Positions 50,933 to 64,000 of a DNA stretch of 64,000 bases are shown here, in pieces; the first letter of the stretch is position 1, and every line of letters starts with the position of its first letter. The position numbers and the translations under genes were made by a program. Under the pieces are notes generated by a model, which saw only the letters and a program-made list of their open reading frames with translations, was not told the DNA's origin and ran no database searches. This DNA comes from Felis catus (lineage: Eukaryota): NCBI RefSeq assembly GCF_018350175.1, contig NC_058368.1, positions 130,884,001 to 130,948,000 of the forward strand, given 5' to 3'.

Positions 50933-51480
50933 AGTCATGACTTATCCAATTATGCCTTTGTAATGAAGCTTCCATAAAACGCAGAAGCAAGGGGCTGGGC
51001 AAACATCATTAGCTGTGCAGGCCAAGACAGGGGCTTGCTCAGACAGAGGGCATGAAAATATCTCTTCCATCTGACTGCTTCTAAATTATATCCTTTTATA
51101 ATAAGCTGGGAATGTAATGGGTAAACTGGTTTCCTGAGTTCTGTGGGCTGTTCTAGGACACTGATCAAACCTGAAGAGGGGGTCATGGGAACCTCTGATT
51201 TCTAACAGTCATCAGAAACATAAGTAACAACCTGTGCTTACACTCAGCATTTGAGGCGAAGGCAGTGTTGTGAGACTGAGCCTCTAACCTGCGGGATCTG
51301 ATAGTTGTCTAGTCTAGGTAGATAGAGTCAGCATTGAGACAAATCGATGGGACACCCAGCTAGATCGCAGAAATGCTTAGAGAAAAACTACCACACATTT
51401 GGTGTCCAGAATACAGAAGTGCTAAGAATATTGTGTGAACTGTGAAGGAACATCATATTGTGTTTTTTCTTTCCAGCCTC
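50933..51480 (+). mobile_element. LTR (MER21-like)
   Basis: tatccttttataataagctgg..gtttcctgagttctgtgggctgttctagg..ccacacatttggtgtccaga. Confidence 0.7.
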
Positions 51481-53482
51481 TTTCTAAATTAGAGAGCACA
51501 CCATCCTGAAATAAAAATGTTCGTATCTTTATCCAAATATCTTGTTATTTTTTTTTTCTTCTTCTACTGAGCTGGAGTAAATTAAGCTCTTATTCATATA
51601 TATATAAAAAAAAAGTAAGCTAAATAAATCAAATAAAAAATTGAGAGGAGCCTGGGAGGCTCAGTCAGTGAAGCATCTGACTCAATTTCAGCTCAGGTCA
51701 TGATCTCATGGTTCATGACATCAAGCCCTGAATTAGGCTCTGTGCTGGCAGCATGGAGCCTGCTTGGGATCCTTTCTCCCTCTCTCCCTGCCCCCCGCCC
51801 CCACTCATGTGTGCCTGTATGTGCACGTGCACACAGGTGCCCGTTCTTTCTCAAAATAATAACCTTATAAAAGTTGAAAGCAATATTTTGAAAGAAAAAC
51901 TAAACAATATTCTGTAACATTGATTAAAGTATCATTTAATAAGAACTCTCTCCTCTGATTACTTTGCCTGTCTTGTAAATAACATTTTTCAATCATGTTT
52001 AGAACATTTTCTTTAAAATTTTTAAAAATTTTTTTAGTTTATTTATTTTTTGAAAGAGAGAGGTGTGCCCAAGCAAGCATAAGAGAGGCAAAGAGAGACG
52101 GAGCAAGAGAATCCCAAGCAGGCTCCACACTGTCAGCACAGAGCCCAATGTGGGGCTCGAACCCACTAACCATGAGATTATGACCTGAGCTGAAATCAAG
52201 AGTCAGACACTTAACTGACTGAGCCACCCAGGCACTCCAAAACATTTTCTTTTAGGTTCATAACTTTAAATACCCATTGCCCTTTGAAAATTCAAATAAA
52301 TCTAAACAAAGGAAGACTTAATATTGGAATCAACTAAAATCCATTGTATTTAATAATTGCTTATTTACCTGAAATAAGTCTTCTATATATATCTGGTAGT
52401 GTTGCAGGAATTTTTTCTCCTCATCAGCCAGTCCTCACACCTGTGAGTTGTATCTAAAGGGAAAAGTACCTGGGAGCATAGAAAAAAAGTGAATTTGCTA
52501 TAATGGAAGTTCTTAAAATGTGGTAGCATTAGTAGAGAATGGCTGAGCCCCTAAAATGTATCCAGCACTATCATTTGTGGGACACAATGGAAAATAAGCC
52601 AGATACAGCTGCTGCCAGAGGGAGACAGAGACGTGAAACAAATAATTATAATAAAGGGTAGTGAGTGAACTGAGGAACAAGATACAATGTTCTCCGGGAG
52701 CTCTGTTATGTAATCAGAATAGAGAGTGTCTCAAAGTTTCCAGGAGGAAATGGCACCTGTTAGGAGGAAGGACACAGATGAGATGGGGAACTAGAGTTCT
52801 AGGCCAAGGAAATGAGAGCAAACAGTGGATTGCTGAGGAATAGAAGGATTTCACTTTGGTGCACCTGGGTGGCTTAGTCAATTAAGCGTCTGACTATTGG
52901 TTTCAGGTCATGATCTCAAGGTTCCTGGGTTCAAGGACTGCATCAGGCACCACTCTGAGCGCTTGGGTCCTGCTTGGGATTCTCTCTCTCCCTCTCTCTG
53001 TGCCCCTCCCCTGCTCACACTCTCTCTCAAAATAAATAAATAAACTTTTTTAAAAAAGGAAGAAAGATTTCACTTTGAAGTGAGCATTATTATGGGAATG
53101 GCAAAAACACAGGTAGTCACAATAAACCAAAGCCAGAAGCCATGAAACGCCTTTTAAGACCTGTCGAAAAGTCTGAATTTATCTCAAGGGTAATGGAACA
53201 TCAGAGAAGGAGTTTAAGAAGGGAGGAGTGACCCAGAAACATGTTTGATGATGACAAAAGTAGTAAAAACTGCCACTGAATACTTCCTGGGATACTTAAT
53301 AAACATTAACTCCTTTTATCTTTGCTACAATCCTAGGATAATATTATTCCCACTTTCCAGATAAAGAAAGTGAATCTTAGAGTGGAAGTTGGCCCAGTAT
53401 TCACAAGCTCGAATATGACTGAGCCACAACTTAAACCCAAATCTGTCTGACCCTGGGGAGATCAGGAGGACAGTGAAGTCAA

Positions 53483-53539
53483 TACTAGGTTGAACCACGT
53501 GAAATTGACAAAAACAATTTCACTCGGTTGATTCTAGTA
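53483..53539. mobile_element. Palindromic mariner-derived MITE (MADE-like)
   Basis: tactaggttgaaccacgtgaaattg..caatttcactcggttgattctagta: terminal inverted repeats flanked by TA. Confidence 0.7.
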
Positions 53540-53599
53540 TGTCATAAAAAAATCCCCACCCCTTCTGAAATTACATTTGAATTCAAAAAATAAGCTACC

Positions 53600-54377
53600 A
53601 GAGGCATGTACCAGAGGAAAAGAGATGTCTTTGAAATTCCATGTCCAACTTATTTTGTCAGTTCCACTCTGCAGATTTAAACCCAAAGGTCCCTGGCTTA
53701 ATTCTCTTCTTTGTCTGCTTCTGTCATTCCAAGTCTTGTTGTGGTCTCTTAGCTTTCTGTGATTCCCGACCAGGCCAGGAGCCCAGTGACTCTCCCAATG
53801 TGTTGCAGGACCTCTGGCTCCACAGTATTTCCCCTGACGTCTCTATTCTGTTTGTTTTTCATAGAGTGAGAAAAGGACTAATTGCACAGTAAATCTTGGA
53901 CGCATTCTCCTACAATATAAAACTCCTTGCAGAGATCCCCTGAGGTGATGCGTTCCTCATTCCATTCTCTAGAGTTCTCACTTGTTGCTTCTCTTCATCT
54001 CTGTATCTACTGCAGATTTCAGCAACCAAGCTCAAATGGAGAGAATAAGGGATGTGACTGCATTGTAAACTGGCTTTCCTCCCCAAACAAGAGCCCTGGT
54101 TAAATATCAGTAGGTAATATTCCACTTAGACTTCACTGCTTGAGAGTCATTTAAAATTCTAATCAAAGATGGGCAAAGATGGGGCGCCTGGGTGGTTCAG
54201 TCAGTTGGGTGTCAGTCAGGTCTGGTCAGGTGACTTTGGTCAGGTGACATCGGCTCAGGTCATGATCTCACAGTTTGTGGTTTCGGGCCCAGCATCAGGA
54301 TCTATGCTGACAGCTCAGAGCCTGGAGCCTGTTTCCAATTCTGTGTCTCCTTCTTTCTCTGTCCCTCCTCTGCTCAC

Positions 54378-54411
<34 letters not shown>

Positions 54412-56330
54412 AAAAATAAATAAACATTAAAAAATTAAAAAAAAAAAAACAACGATGAGCAATGACATTGATCTATACGTGTGTATCAATAGGACCTAAG
54501 CCTAACCTTTAGTGTAATAAAGGCTCTTGACAATTAGGTCAATAATCCCATTCTTCTTCCTTCACTATTCTTTCTCCTCCTCTGCCTGCCGTCTGTATCT
54601 GCAAAAAACTTCCACAAGGAATTTGCTCCCCCAAAATATTCTGCCTCAGTTGTCTATAAATCCAGGTGGCTCAAATAACAACCTGTTTTTGTGAAACTTT
54701 TGTATGATTGTTATATTAGAATGAAATCCAGAAATAGACATGAGTACAAAGAAAACAAAATAACCCAAATACCACTACAGAATTATATGAATTATCATTC
54801 CAGAAACCTCTTGATGAAGATTAACAGATCAAGGAATGGACAGATAGATGGAAAAAGATGGTGGTATGGATAAGTGAAGAGATCAGTAGGGAGGGAGGAA
54901 AAAGATAGACTAATCAAGACAGGCAATTGCATAAAAAGTTGATCATCCTACACATGACACTTTTTTTTTTAAGTATGAGATTTAATTTTTGCATTTAACA
55001 AAAGAAAAAACCCAAGGCAAACTGAGGAAATGGCTAAAACTTAAAAACATGTTTCTTGGGCCACCAACTCCGGCTCAGGTCATGATCTCGCGGTTCGTGA
55101 GTTCAAGCCCCACATCTGCTCTGACAGCTTAGAACCTGGAGCCTGCTTCAGATTCTGAAGCCTCTCTCTCTACCTATCCCCTGCTCACACTCTGTCTCTC
55201 TCTCTCTCTCTGAAAAATAAATAAACATTAAAAAAACATGTTTCTTCATTTCAATATATAATTTCCATACTCTGGTATGAGTAAGAAATACAGATATGAA
55301 ACAACGTTAAATATCTAGAGTTATGATTTATTTTAAATGACATGTTTCAATATGAGGTAGGATAATTGACTCCCTGCTTTGAAAAATAAGGAAATTAGCC
55401 CTCTTGCATATGCTTCTGTCTTTACTTTCCACCCCCTAATTTTGGCAATATAATTTCTTATATTACAGGGTTTATAACATTTATATTCTGTTCTATGACC
55501 ATAATTCTCTCTGCTATTTAGTCTAAGTTTCTATATTTAAATAGATGCAGTGATAACTACCAGCCCTTTTGCCACTCTTTTCAGTAGTTATTTTTTGGTT
55601 GAATAGGTTTAATCATTATTTTTTTTAATAAAGACTCATAATTCCTCTATTCCATGAATTTGTATGTAACTTAAAATGCCAGCCTGTTGCCTTTTATACT
55701 AGAAAAACATGTTGAAAGTTATAAAGTTGCGGGCTTGATCTTTTTCCTGCCAAACACTGTAAACATTCCTCCACCATCTTCTGAAAATGAGCAGTGGTTT
55801 AATCCCTTACGGTTTTCTCCATTCATTGCTTAGTTGGCAGGATTCCTTCCTCAGGAGTTTCTTGAAGAAGAAATCACGTGTGGTATTGCCACCAGTAGCA
55901 CCTTATAAGGCCACCTTGTAAGGGCCTGGGTAGGAGGGGTTTCTGCCCCAGCCCTATACCTTGAACGAGCTTATCCCAATTCAGATCTTTGCCCATGCAA
56001 CAAAGAATTTGCAGCTCTATTGTTCTGTCTATTCTAGACTGCATTTGGGGCACTTTAGAGCTCATCATTCTCTACCCAAACAGCTATGAATCTGTTTCCA
56101 GAGCCTACACAGACATCTTCCCAGGTCCTTCTCCTGAATGCGGATGAAGCCACCACAAGACAAATGGACTAAGGTATTCAAACATATGCAAATGAGGTCT
56201 CTCATGGTGCCAAACATTGGCAAGTGTCCTAGGGTCAGGCCTGGCTCTTTCTGTACAATCATGTTCTGGTTTGTGCTGAAAACTTCTAAATTTAAAATAG
56301 ATCGCTGAGAAGTATAATGATCAAGATAGG
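53600..56330 (+). pseudogene. Filovirus-like L RdRp region (unit 4), with SINE and L1 insertions
   Basis: AFLPKQEPWLNISR vs SFSLKEKELNVGR; KYNL (~54673) at motif A; NYMNY/IPE vs NWMHYTIPQ; SSYT*H vs SSYRGH; CGI, LPQ, TAF; IQTY vs LKTY; PGSFCTIMFWFVL vs PGNCTAIDFVL. Confidence 0.65.
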
Positions 56331-56363
56331 AGGAGGGAATATATTTTATTTTATAGTTCTTAG

Positions 56364-56365
<2 letters not shown>

Positions 56366-56404
<39 letters not shown>
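56366..56404. repeat. (TA)n microsatellite
   Basis: Direct inspection. Confidence 0.97.
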
Positions 56405-56408
<4 letters not shown>

Positions 56409-56865
56409 TATGATATAAGAAATATAATAAAATAACTATTTTATAGTTCTTAGCTGTATATGTGTGTGTATATATATATATATATTCTTAGATATAGTCT
56501 TGTAAGTTTTGACATATGGGACTTCAGCCTCCATTTATAGTTTTGTGTTGTTTCCACTGATGTGTTAGCAAAATAGCATGTGAAAAAGTTTGCTTGCTCT
56601 TTTATTTGAGAATTTTAACCCATTTACTTAACAAATGAGAATCAAGTTGTCCAGCTACAATATTTTTGGGTTTCTCATTCCTCAGAATCCTATTAACTCA
56701 TTTGCCTATAGCTCAGGAAAATGTTAAAGTACCCTGATATTTTTTTCATTACAGGTGATTTTCACTTTCTACGGTGATGCCTAAAGAACGGTGTATTTTT
56801 ATTGAAAGCTCAAAGTAAGGCATGCCTTGTTATTTATTATTCTATAACAGTTTTTCTTTTATTTT

Positions 56866-57310
56866 AATTTTTTTTTAATTTTTTTTCAACGTTTATTTAT
56901 TTTTGGGACAGAGAGAGACAGAGCATGAACGGGGGAGGGGCAGAGAGAAAGGGAGACACAGAATCAGAAACAAGCTCCAGGCTCTGAGCCATCAGCCTAG
57001 AGCCCGACGCGGGGCTCGAACTCACGGACCGCGAGATCATGACCTGGCTGAAGTCGGACGCTTAACCGACTGCGCCACCCAGGCGCCCCTTATTTTAAAT
57101 TTTTTTAATGTTTATTTCTTTTTGAGAGAGAGAGAAAGAAAGAGAGAGTGAGAGACGAGCAGAGAGAGAGAAGGAGACACAGAATCCAAAGTAGACTCCA
57201 GGCTCTGAGCTGTCAGCACAGAGCTCAACATGGGGCTTGAACTCATGAACTGCGAGATCATGACCTGAGCTGAAGTCAGATGCTTAAATGACTGAGCCAC
57301 CCAGGTGCCT
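56866..57310 (-). mobile_element. Two tandem Can-SINEs (young SINEC_Fc ~56866-57089, older copy ~57090-57310)
   Basis: Two ..ccacccagg(c/t)gcc termini, each with a (GA)n tract and poly-T. Confidence 0.95.
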
Positions 57311-58394
57311 CTGTAACAGTTTTTCTTAAAATAATGTATTTTACAATCCCCATATTCAGCTGTGCCATTAATTCAAGGGATTGTATTTTCTATTTTGCCT
57401 TCAATTATTTTTACCATTATTGAGTTGTGTTCTGTAAGAAACACCTATTTTCTCACATCTATGTTCTTTCTCCTTCATATATTATGTCTGCCCGATAGCT
57501 TTGATCTCTTTGCTTATCTTTTATATGTTCAAAGTAATTGTATTCATATTTTCTTCTTTGAAATAATTTAATTTCAATCCAGTTTGTTTCATTGTTTACT
57601 ATTTCTAATTCATATTTTTAGTTCAGTAAAGCTGATTTTTGGACCGTAGGCATTTGTTCTTGAATTCTGTAAATTCTCTTTCCATTTTATTTTGGTGTTT
57701 TATTTCCCGGACTTCTGTCTCTCAATTTATTGAATTTGTCTTTTTATTGACCTCTTCTACAATGCAAGAGTATGTTTTATTTTCAACCCAGTTACTTTAT
57801 CTGTGTTTTCTTTTCTGTTTCTTGGACAAAGAGGTGGTGTTGTATTTGCACAGCCCTCCTGCCATAGCTTCAGTTTGTTCATGCCAAAGTGAGCAGATCT
57901 ATCAGAAGTGTGCAGGAATCCTTCCTAATTCACTTCCCACCTTATCTGAAACCTCCATATCCTCCTCGGAGGCAATTTGAGTAATTACCAACAGTGTTCT
58001 TCCACCTTAACATGGCCCATCCCCTTAGTGGGAGTTCATGAGTCAGACAGGAGAAGAGCTCATCTAGAATTTGTATGGGATTTTTAAGAAAACCTTGACT
58101 TTTCCTTCAAAACTCCTATTAAATATTCTCTATTAGATTTACCACAACGATGTGCATGCATGTGTGTGTGCCTATGCGTGCATGCTGTGCACAAAAGCAG
58201 GATGCTACTCCAAGATGATAAACCCTCAGGTTTGAGATCACTTCTCTAATCTCAGCTTAGAGTTACAGGCTTCCTTCAGAGACACTTGTCATTTTTCCAT
58301 TCCACTCATCCACTCCAGTGGCTTAGTTTTTATCAGAGACACAAGGCTAACGAACAAAACTGACTCAGGATATCTGTGCTAGAGAAGAAAAATC

Positions 58395-59865
58395 TATAGT
58401 TTCATCAGATTTGGAAAGTTTTTTAGTTATTATTTCTTTAAATATTGTTATATCTCATTGCCTTTCTGGTTCTCCAATTACATATGTTTGTAGCCCAATT
58501 GATAATGTCCTGCATGTCAAGGACGTGTTCTGTTCATTTTTTTCCCTCAGTCCTTTTCTTTCCGTGTTTCAACTTGGAGACTTAATATTGATACAGCTTG
58601 AAGTTCACTGCTCTTTTTTTTTCTCTTGTAGTGTCTACTCTGCTGTCAATCCCATCCAGTGTGCTTTCCATCCCAGACAACTTATTTTCAATGTCTAGAA
58701 ATTCGATTTGCATCTTTTTTGTCTTTATTATGCCCACACTTTCTGCTACCTTCTTTTTATTTTTTTTTTGTTTAAATAGTTTATTTTTTTTCAATATATG
58801 AAGTTTATTGTCAAATTGGTTTCCATACTCTTTTTATTTTTTTAACGTTTATTCATTTTTGAGAGACAGAGACAGAGCACGAGTGGGGGAGGGGCCGAGA
58901 GAAAGGGAGACACAGAATCTGAAGCAGGCTCCAGGCTCCAAGCTGTCAGCACAGAGTCTGACGCAGGGCTCAAACTCGAGATCATGCAAGATCATGACCT
59001 GAGCCGAAGTTGGATGCCTAACTGACTGAGCCACCCAAGTGCTCCTCTACTACCTTCTTGAACATGTTTTTTATATTTAAATAACTATTTTAATGTCCTT
59101 GTGTACTAATTCTATCATCTGTTGCACTTTGGGGTCTCTTTCTCTTGATCCCTGATTTCCACCCCACTCATTATGGATCATACACTCTTCTCCCTTGCTT
59201 GCTGGGTCATTTTTACTAGATGTGAGACATTGTAAATTCTATGTTGATGAATATTGAATTTTGTTGTCACCCTATATTTTTAGGAATGTTGTTCTGGGGC
59301 ACATTTAAGTTAATTTGAAATAAAGCAAACCTTTTGAGACTTGCCTTTAGTCTAGAGCTAACACAGTCTTACTATTGAGGTAATATTCTTCTAGAAGAGA
59401 ACTTTATTTGACAACACATATGTTAAAAGGCTGTTCAATTTTTGTTTGCAAACTATTCCTGACTGTGTGTGATCCTTAGACATTGTTCTATCTGTTCCTT
59501 TATATTGGTTCTTCCTCCAGCCCTGGAGAGTTTCCTCATGTGCATGAATTTATCACAGGTCCTTTGCTCTTGACTCAAGAGAACTCTGCAGATTTCCAGA
59601 GTACTCTTTCTCTGTCTCTGTCTCTTGGGCTCTGGTTAAGTTTCCCTCCCATTTTTATAGGCTGGATACTCTTTAGGCAGTGAGCTGAGGCCACGGAGGC
59701 AAAGCTAAGTCTTATTTCATTTGTTGCCTCTCTCAGGAATCACTCTTCTATGCTGCCTGTTGTCCAAAGTCTGAAAAAAGTTGCTTCATACATTTCGGTT
59801 GTTTTGTTTGTTGTTTAAATCAGGAAGGCCTATCTTGTCCCTGTTATGTCACCATGTTTGGAAGC
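58395..59865 (-). mobile_element. Old LINE-1 5'/ORF1-region fragment with nested SINE
   Basis: tttggaaagttttttagttattatttctttaaata..ccatgtttggaagcagaagtc; minus-strand ORF with IENKLSGMESTLDGIDSRVDT resembles the ORF1 coiled coil. Confidence 0.7.
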
Positions 59866-61395
59866 AGAAGTCTTCTCGTGGTACATTTTAAACAAAGTGT
59901 TGCAAAGGGTACTTGTTTTTGACTCAACTATTAAGCAGAAATGGTAACCAAGGGTAAAATCGGTAACAAGGAGAAAAGTAGCTGGGACCATCTTTAGGTC
60001 TTGGTAAAACAAGAAAAGGGGTGTTATGAAGGATACCTCCCACAGGATATCCGGCTCCTATAGCTCCTTCTATCCCCCAGTGCTTTATTTCTCCTCTCCA
60101 CCGTGTTTTTGTTTTTCCTCCTAAACTTCTCCGTGTAGCTCTTACACATATGATAAGAGACACTTCCCATGCTTGGTGATAGAATCTCGACAGAAAGGGA
60201 AAATTCCTTATTCCCACTGCAGTTGGTTGGACAGGGAATATGTCTGCTTGATTCCTGACTTTGCAATTGTATGCAGAAGCTTTGGAGTCTTCCTTTATAA
60301 ATCATACAATACATAATAGCCTCACTTGGAATTTTAGTCTTTCCCTTTCTGGCATTAAACTCTTAGATCACACAGCATCCAAAGATATTTCTATTGTAAT
60401 TCTGTCATCAGTATAGGCATGCTCTGGGAGCCATTTAAAGGATTAGAGCCACATCAGAACCTCATTTAAGCATAATTTACTTTCTAAAGCCACATCACCT
60501 TGATTAACTAAATTAGTAGTTCGTTAAGAGGCTTCGTGATTTTAAATGAGTCACTTTACTTGTAATGTTTTGCAATAAGACTTAATTTACTGGCACCTTC
60601 TCCTAAAGTTCTGATTTGCTGATGTTTTCCAAAGTCCAACAGAATGATTGGTTCATGGGAAATGGCACTGACTAGAAAATAAACTGGAACACAGCTTGTC
60701 TTTTTATGCTCCATCTGCTCAACCAAGTCTTATTAAATTAAATTCTAGGAAACATCTCACTGTGCTTTAAAATGCCATGTTGGACTCTGGAAATTGAAAA
60801 TAATGTTATTGCCTTGAATGCATTGGTTGACATTTTAGTGTTAAAATATGAAGGTCTAGGGGCGCCTGAGTGGCTCAATTGGTTGAGCATCCGACTTCAG
60901 CTGACGTCAGGATAGCTCCTGAGTTCAAGCCCCACATAGGGCTCTGTGCTGACAGCTCAGAGCTGGGAACCTGCTTCAGATTCTGTGTCTCCCTCACTCT
61001 CTGCCTCTCCCCTGCCTGTGCTCTCTCTCTCTCAAAAATAAACTAAAAAAAATTAAATATGAAGGCCTAAGTTCTAATTAGAGAAACACTGACCATAGGT
61101 TGTGCAACACTTGATATTTGTACTCAACATCTAGGTATCATAACATTGGATTTCTGAAGCAACTTTATATGTGGATGAAATCTGGCTCAGAGCAATGTCA
61201 CCCCAATCCTAAATCTGACCAGTCAAGAGAACAGCCACTTAGAGAAATCACATTGCATGACTTCAAAGTATGTTCGTAAGATATGGATTCAACCATATCT
61301 TGTTTCTGTTGAGTGACATGGTGATTAGCAAAAGGGAGTATTAGTCCCTTTTCAGCTGATTCTGGGTAATATTTAACCCACTTTAAAAGGCAAAA

Positions 61396-61410
61396 ACACA
61401 CACACACACA

Positions 61411-61446
<36 letters not shown>

Positions 61447-61450
61447 ACAC
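61396..61450. repeat. (CA)n microsatellite
   Basis: Direct inspection. Confidence 0.95.
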
Positions 61451-62494
61451 ATACATCGTAAGTGTGTCTTTTCTGAAACACGCAAGAAACAAAGCACTTC
61501 AGAATGGGGAAACAAAATAGGAGGGTGGAAAGTATTGGTATTTATACTCAACATTAATTCCTTAAACTAGTGATGTCCAGTATTCTCTTGGTAGATATTA
61601 ATTAGTCTACAAGAAGTTATTCATAATATGATAGCATCATAGAGCATTAAAGTCAAAAGAAGTAAATAATGTCATCTAGTCCAATCTTCTTTCTTGACAA
61701 ATGATATCCCAAGACTAGCCGAAGACTGGCCAGGCAAACATTAAAGACAATGGGGCTAAAAGTCTAGGTCTCCTAATTCTAAATCCGGTGCCCTTACTAC
61801 CTCTGAAGTAATGCTGGGGAAAAAGACTTACTGAGGAACATGAGAAATTAATCAGGGTACGGATGATTACACCCAAATAACTGAACTAATAGAAGAAGTA
61901 TCACTGGATTATGGGATTAAGGATGAATAACTTCTGTTTTCTGCTAGTCTATATATTTCCATTTTGAAGCTAACACAAATTAATTTTAATATTGGAAAAA
62001 TATAATAGATTTCACTTGAAATTTATGCAGAAAAGTTTTCATCGTACCCTTTACCCAAACACTTCTAAAAATACATTTGAAAAATAGTAATTATACTGTT
62101 TACATTGAGATTTTAACAGCACCCTCAACAAAAATGTAATCTGAGACATATTTGTAGCAAGTCCTGGAATCCAGAAATGATTTCATCATAGTAGCATTAT
62201 TATGCTCAAATGTGTTTACTGTCAGATTTAGGTTGTGTTTGCTGTGAAGGAGTGTGCTTGTGTGCGTGTGTGTGCATGTGTGTGTCACTAGAGAGAGCTC
62301 AGAAGTTATCACTTATGCAGTTTAGGTCATCATATGATGTGCATATTATGCCAAACATGTAGCAGCAATGCCTGAATGGCTTACCCTTTTGTGTTCTTTA
62401 GTTATTTCAATGGGCCATCGTAACTCTATGACCTAGCCAACCCCTTATAATTTCAATGAAAATTTTCATTTGCTTTTTTAATATTAAGTAGTGG

Positions 62495-62960
62495 TTGTGA
62501 TGGCTAATTTTATATATCATCAACTGTTCTGGGCCATGGGATGTCCAGATGTTTGGTGAAATACGATTCTGAGTATTTCTGTGATGGTGTTTGCAGATAA
62601 AATTAACATTCAAGTGAGTAGACTAAGTAAAGCGGATTCCTTCCCTGGTGCCTAATGTGGACCAGTCTCATCCACATCAGTTAAAGGCCTGAATAGAACA
62701 AACAGGCTGATCCTTCCCTGAGTAAAAGAAGTTTTCCTACTGGACTGCCTTGGAACTGAGAAATCAGTTTTTTTCTTGCCATCTGACTTGAGCTGGGACT
62801 TTGGATTTTGCTGGGTCTGGAGCGTGTTGGCCTGTAGAGAGGAACTACACCATAAATACTTCTGGGTTTCCAGCTTGCTGACTCACCCTACAGATCCTGG
62901 GATTTACCAGTCTCCATAATCACATGAGCCAATTCCTGACAATAAACCTGTCTCCCACTC
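62495..62960 (+). mobile_element. MLT2 (ERVL) LTR
   Basis: tgtgatggctaattttatatatcatcaact..agtctccataatcacatgagccaattcc. Confidence 0.85.
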
Positions 62961-63269
62961 CTTCTTCCATCTCTCTCCTCCCCACCCCCATGTATATAAA
63001 GATGCAGAAACTGAGTCACGTTACTAGTACGTAATAGAACCTGGATTTAAACACTGTCTTCACAGTTCACTATACAAAGGTCAAAAACAAATAAAAACAA
63101 AAACAGAGTCAGGGGCAAAGTGGCTGAAACTTCTACTTTGGTCTATGCCACGACATTTCTAGTGCCTGTTGTGCATTTTTTCATCTCTCATCTATAGGCA
63201 GTTATTGTATATCATTTTGGGAATAAAACATTTTCATCCAGTATGGAAATCTCTTCCATTTAATGAGAG

Positions 63270-64000
63270 TCCTCATTCTATTTATGTTATGTCATTTCTG
63301 ATCTTGTTGGGTTTAATTCTACTATTTTCCATTTGTTTCAATTGCTTTTTTCCCCCCTCTGTTTCTGACATCTTCTGGGATAATTGAGTATTTGTGTAGT
63401 ATTCCATGTTACTTCCTCTATTGGCTTTTCTGTTTACTTCTTTGTATTATATTTAGTGGGTGCTCTAGTCCTGAAATTATGTACTCTTTTTTTTTAATTT
63501 TTTTTTAACGTTTATTTATTTTTGAGACAGAGACAGAGCATGAATGGGGGAGGTCACAGAGAGAGAGAGAGACACAGAATCGGAAACAGGCTCCAGGCTC
63601 TGAGCTGTCAGCACAGAGCCCGATGCGGGGCTCGAACCCACGGACCGTGAGATCATGACCTGAGCCGAAGTCGGACGCTTAATCGACCAAGTCACCCAGG
63701 TGCCCCCTGAAATTATGTATTCTTAACCTACCACAATCCACTGAGAAGTAAGATTGTGTCACTTGATGTAAAACTGGTAAACAGGTACCACCTGAATTTC
63801 ATTTAACACCTCATCTTTTGTGCAATTATTATAGATATCACATTTGGCTATGTGATAAATTCTAAAATACAATACTATCTATTTGCTTTAAAAACTCAGG
63901 TGTCTTTTAAATAAACTAAGAGAAGGGGGAAAGAGGACAAATCATACCTTTACAACTTCCGGCGCTCTTTGTTTCTGAGTTTCATCTGTTATGATTCTCT
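63270..64000 (-). mobile_element. Old LINE-1 fragment
   Basis: T-rich L1M-like antisense sequence around the SINE. Confidence 0.5.
63486..63707 (-). mobile_element. Felid Can-SINE with TSD
   Basis: TSD ctgaaattatgta(c/t)tct on both sides. Confidence 0.95.

Larger units (their letters stand above)
51646..61056. mobile_element. Dispersed Can-SINEs at ~51646-51880 (+), 52015-52238 (-), 52858-53060 (+), 54181-54450 (+), 55058-55236 (+), 58830-59046 (-), 60859-61056 (+)
   Basis: Can-SINE consensus motifs. The span is a container for separate elements. Confidence 0.88.
57870..62200 (+). pseudogene. Filovirus-like L C-terminal fragments (unit 4), scattered between repeats
   Basis: AKV..SVQE vs ARVNLSVQE (~57880); VAGTIFRS vs LAKTIMQS and SFGVFL..NT vs SFGAFV..NT (~59975-60310); MITPK vs MTTPR (~61860); IEIL vs IEII (~62105). 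Confidence 0.45.

Noticed and set aside
54813..54824. Exact Ebola-type start signal GATGAAGATTAA
   Set aside because: It lies inside the inferred L coding region of unit 4 rather than at a gene boundary; probably chance.
6631..61554. Many 60-120 aa ORFs in SINEs, L1 and microsatellites
   Set aside because: Repeat-derived translations (AQVMIS.., CVCVCV, HTHTHT), not genes.

Overview
Mammalian, almost certainly felid, DNA (about 28 Can-SINE/SINEC_Fc copies, carnivore L1). No intact host protein-coding gene is visible. The main signal is in the 'unique' sequence between the repeats. Translated by hand on the + strand, allowing stops and frameshifts, it gives colinear matches to filovirus proteins in the filovirus gene order. 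The window appears to hold a head-to-tail array of about four very degraded filovirus-like genome fossils. Unit 1: VP35-VP40-GP-VP30-VP24-L (~0.06-14 kb). Unit 2: L only (~17.7-26.7 kb). Unit 3: VP35-VP40-GP2-GP1-VP30-VP24-L (~26.8-40.6 kb). Unit 4: NP-VP35-VP40-GP1-VP30-VP24-L (~40.8-62 kb). MIR, L2, MER5, MER58, MLT, L1 and SINE insertions split the units at different sites, which suggests great age. All alignments were made by eye against Ebola/Marburg protein sequences recalled from memory. Boundaries are approximate, no database search was run, and everything needs confirmation with frameshift-aware alignment.
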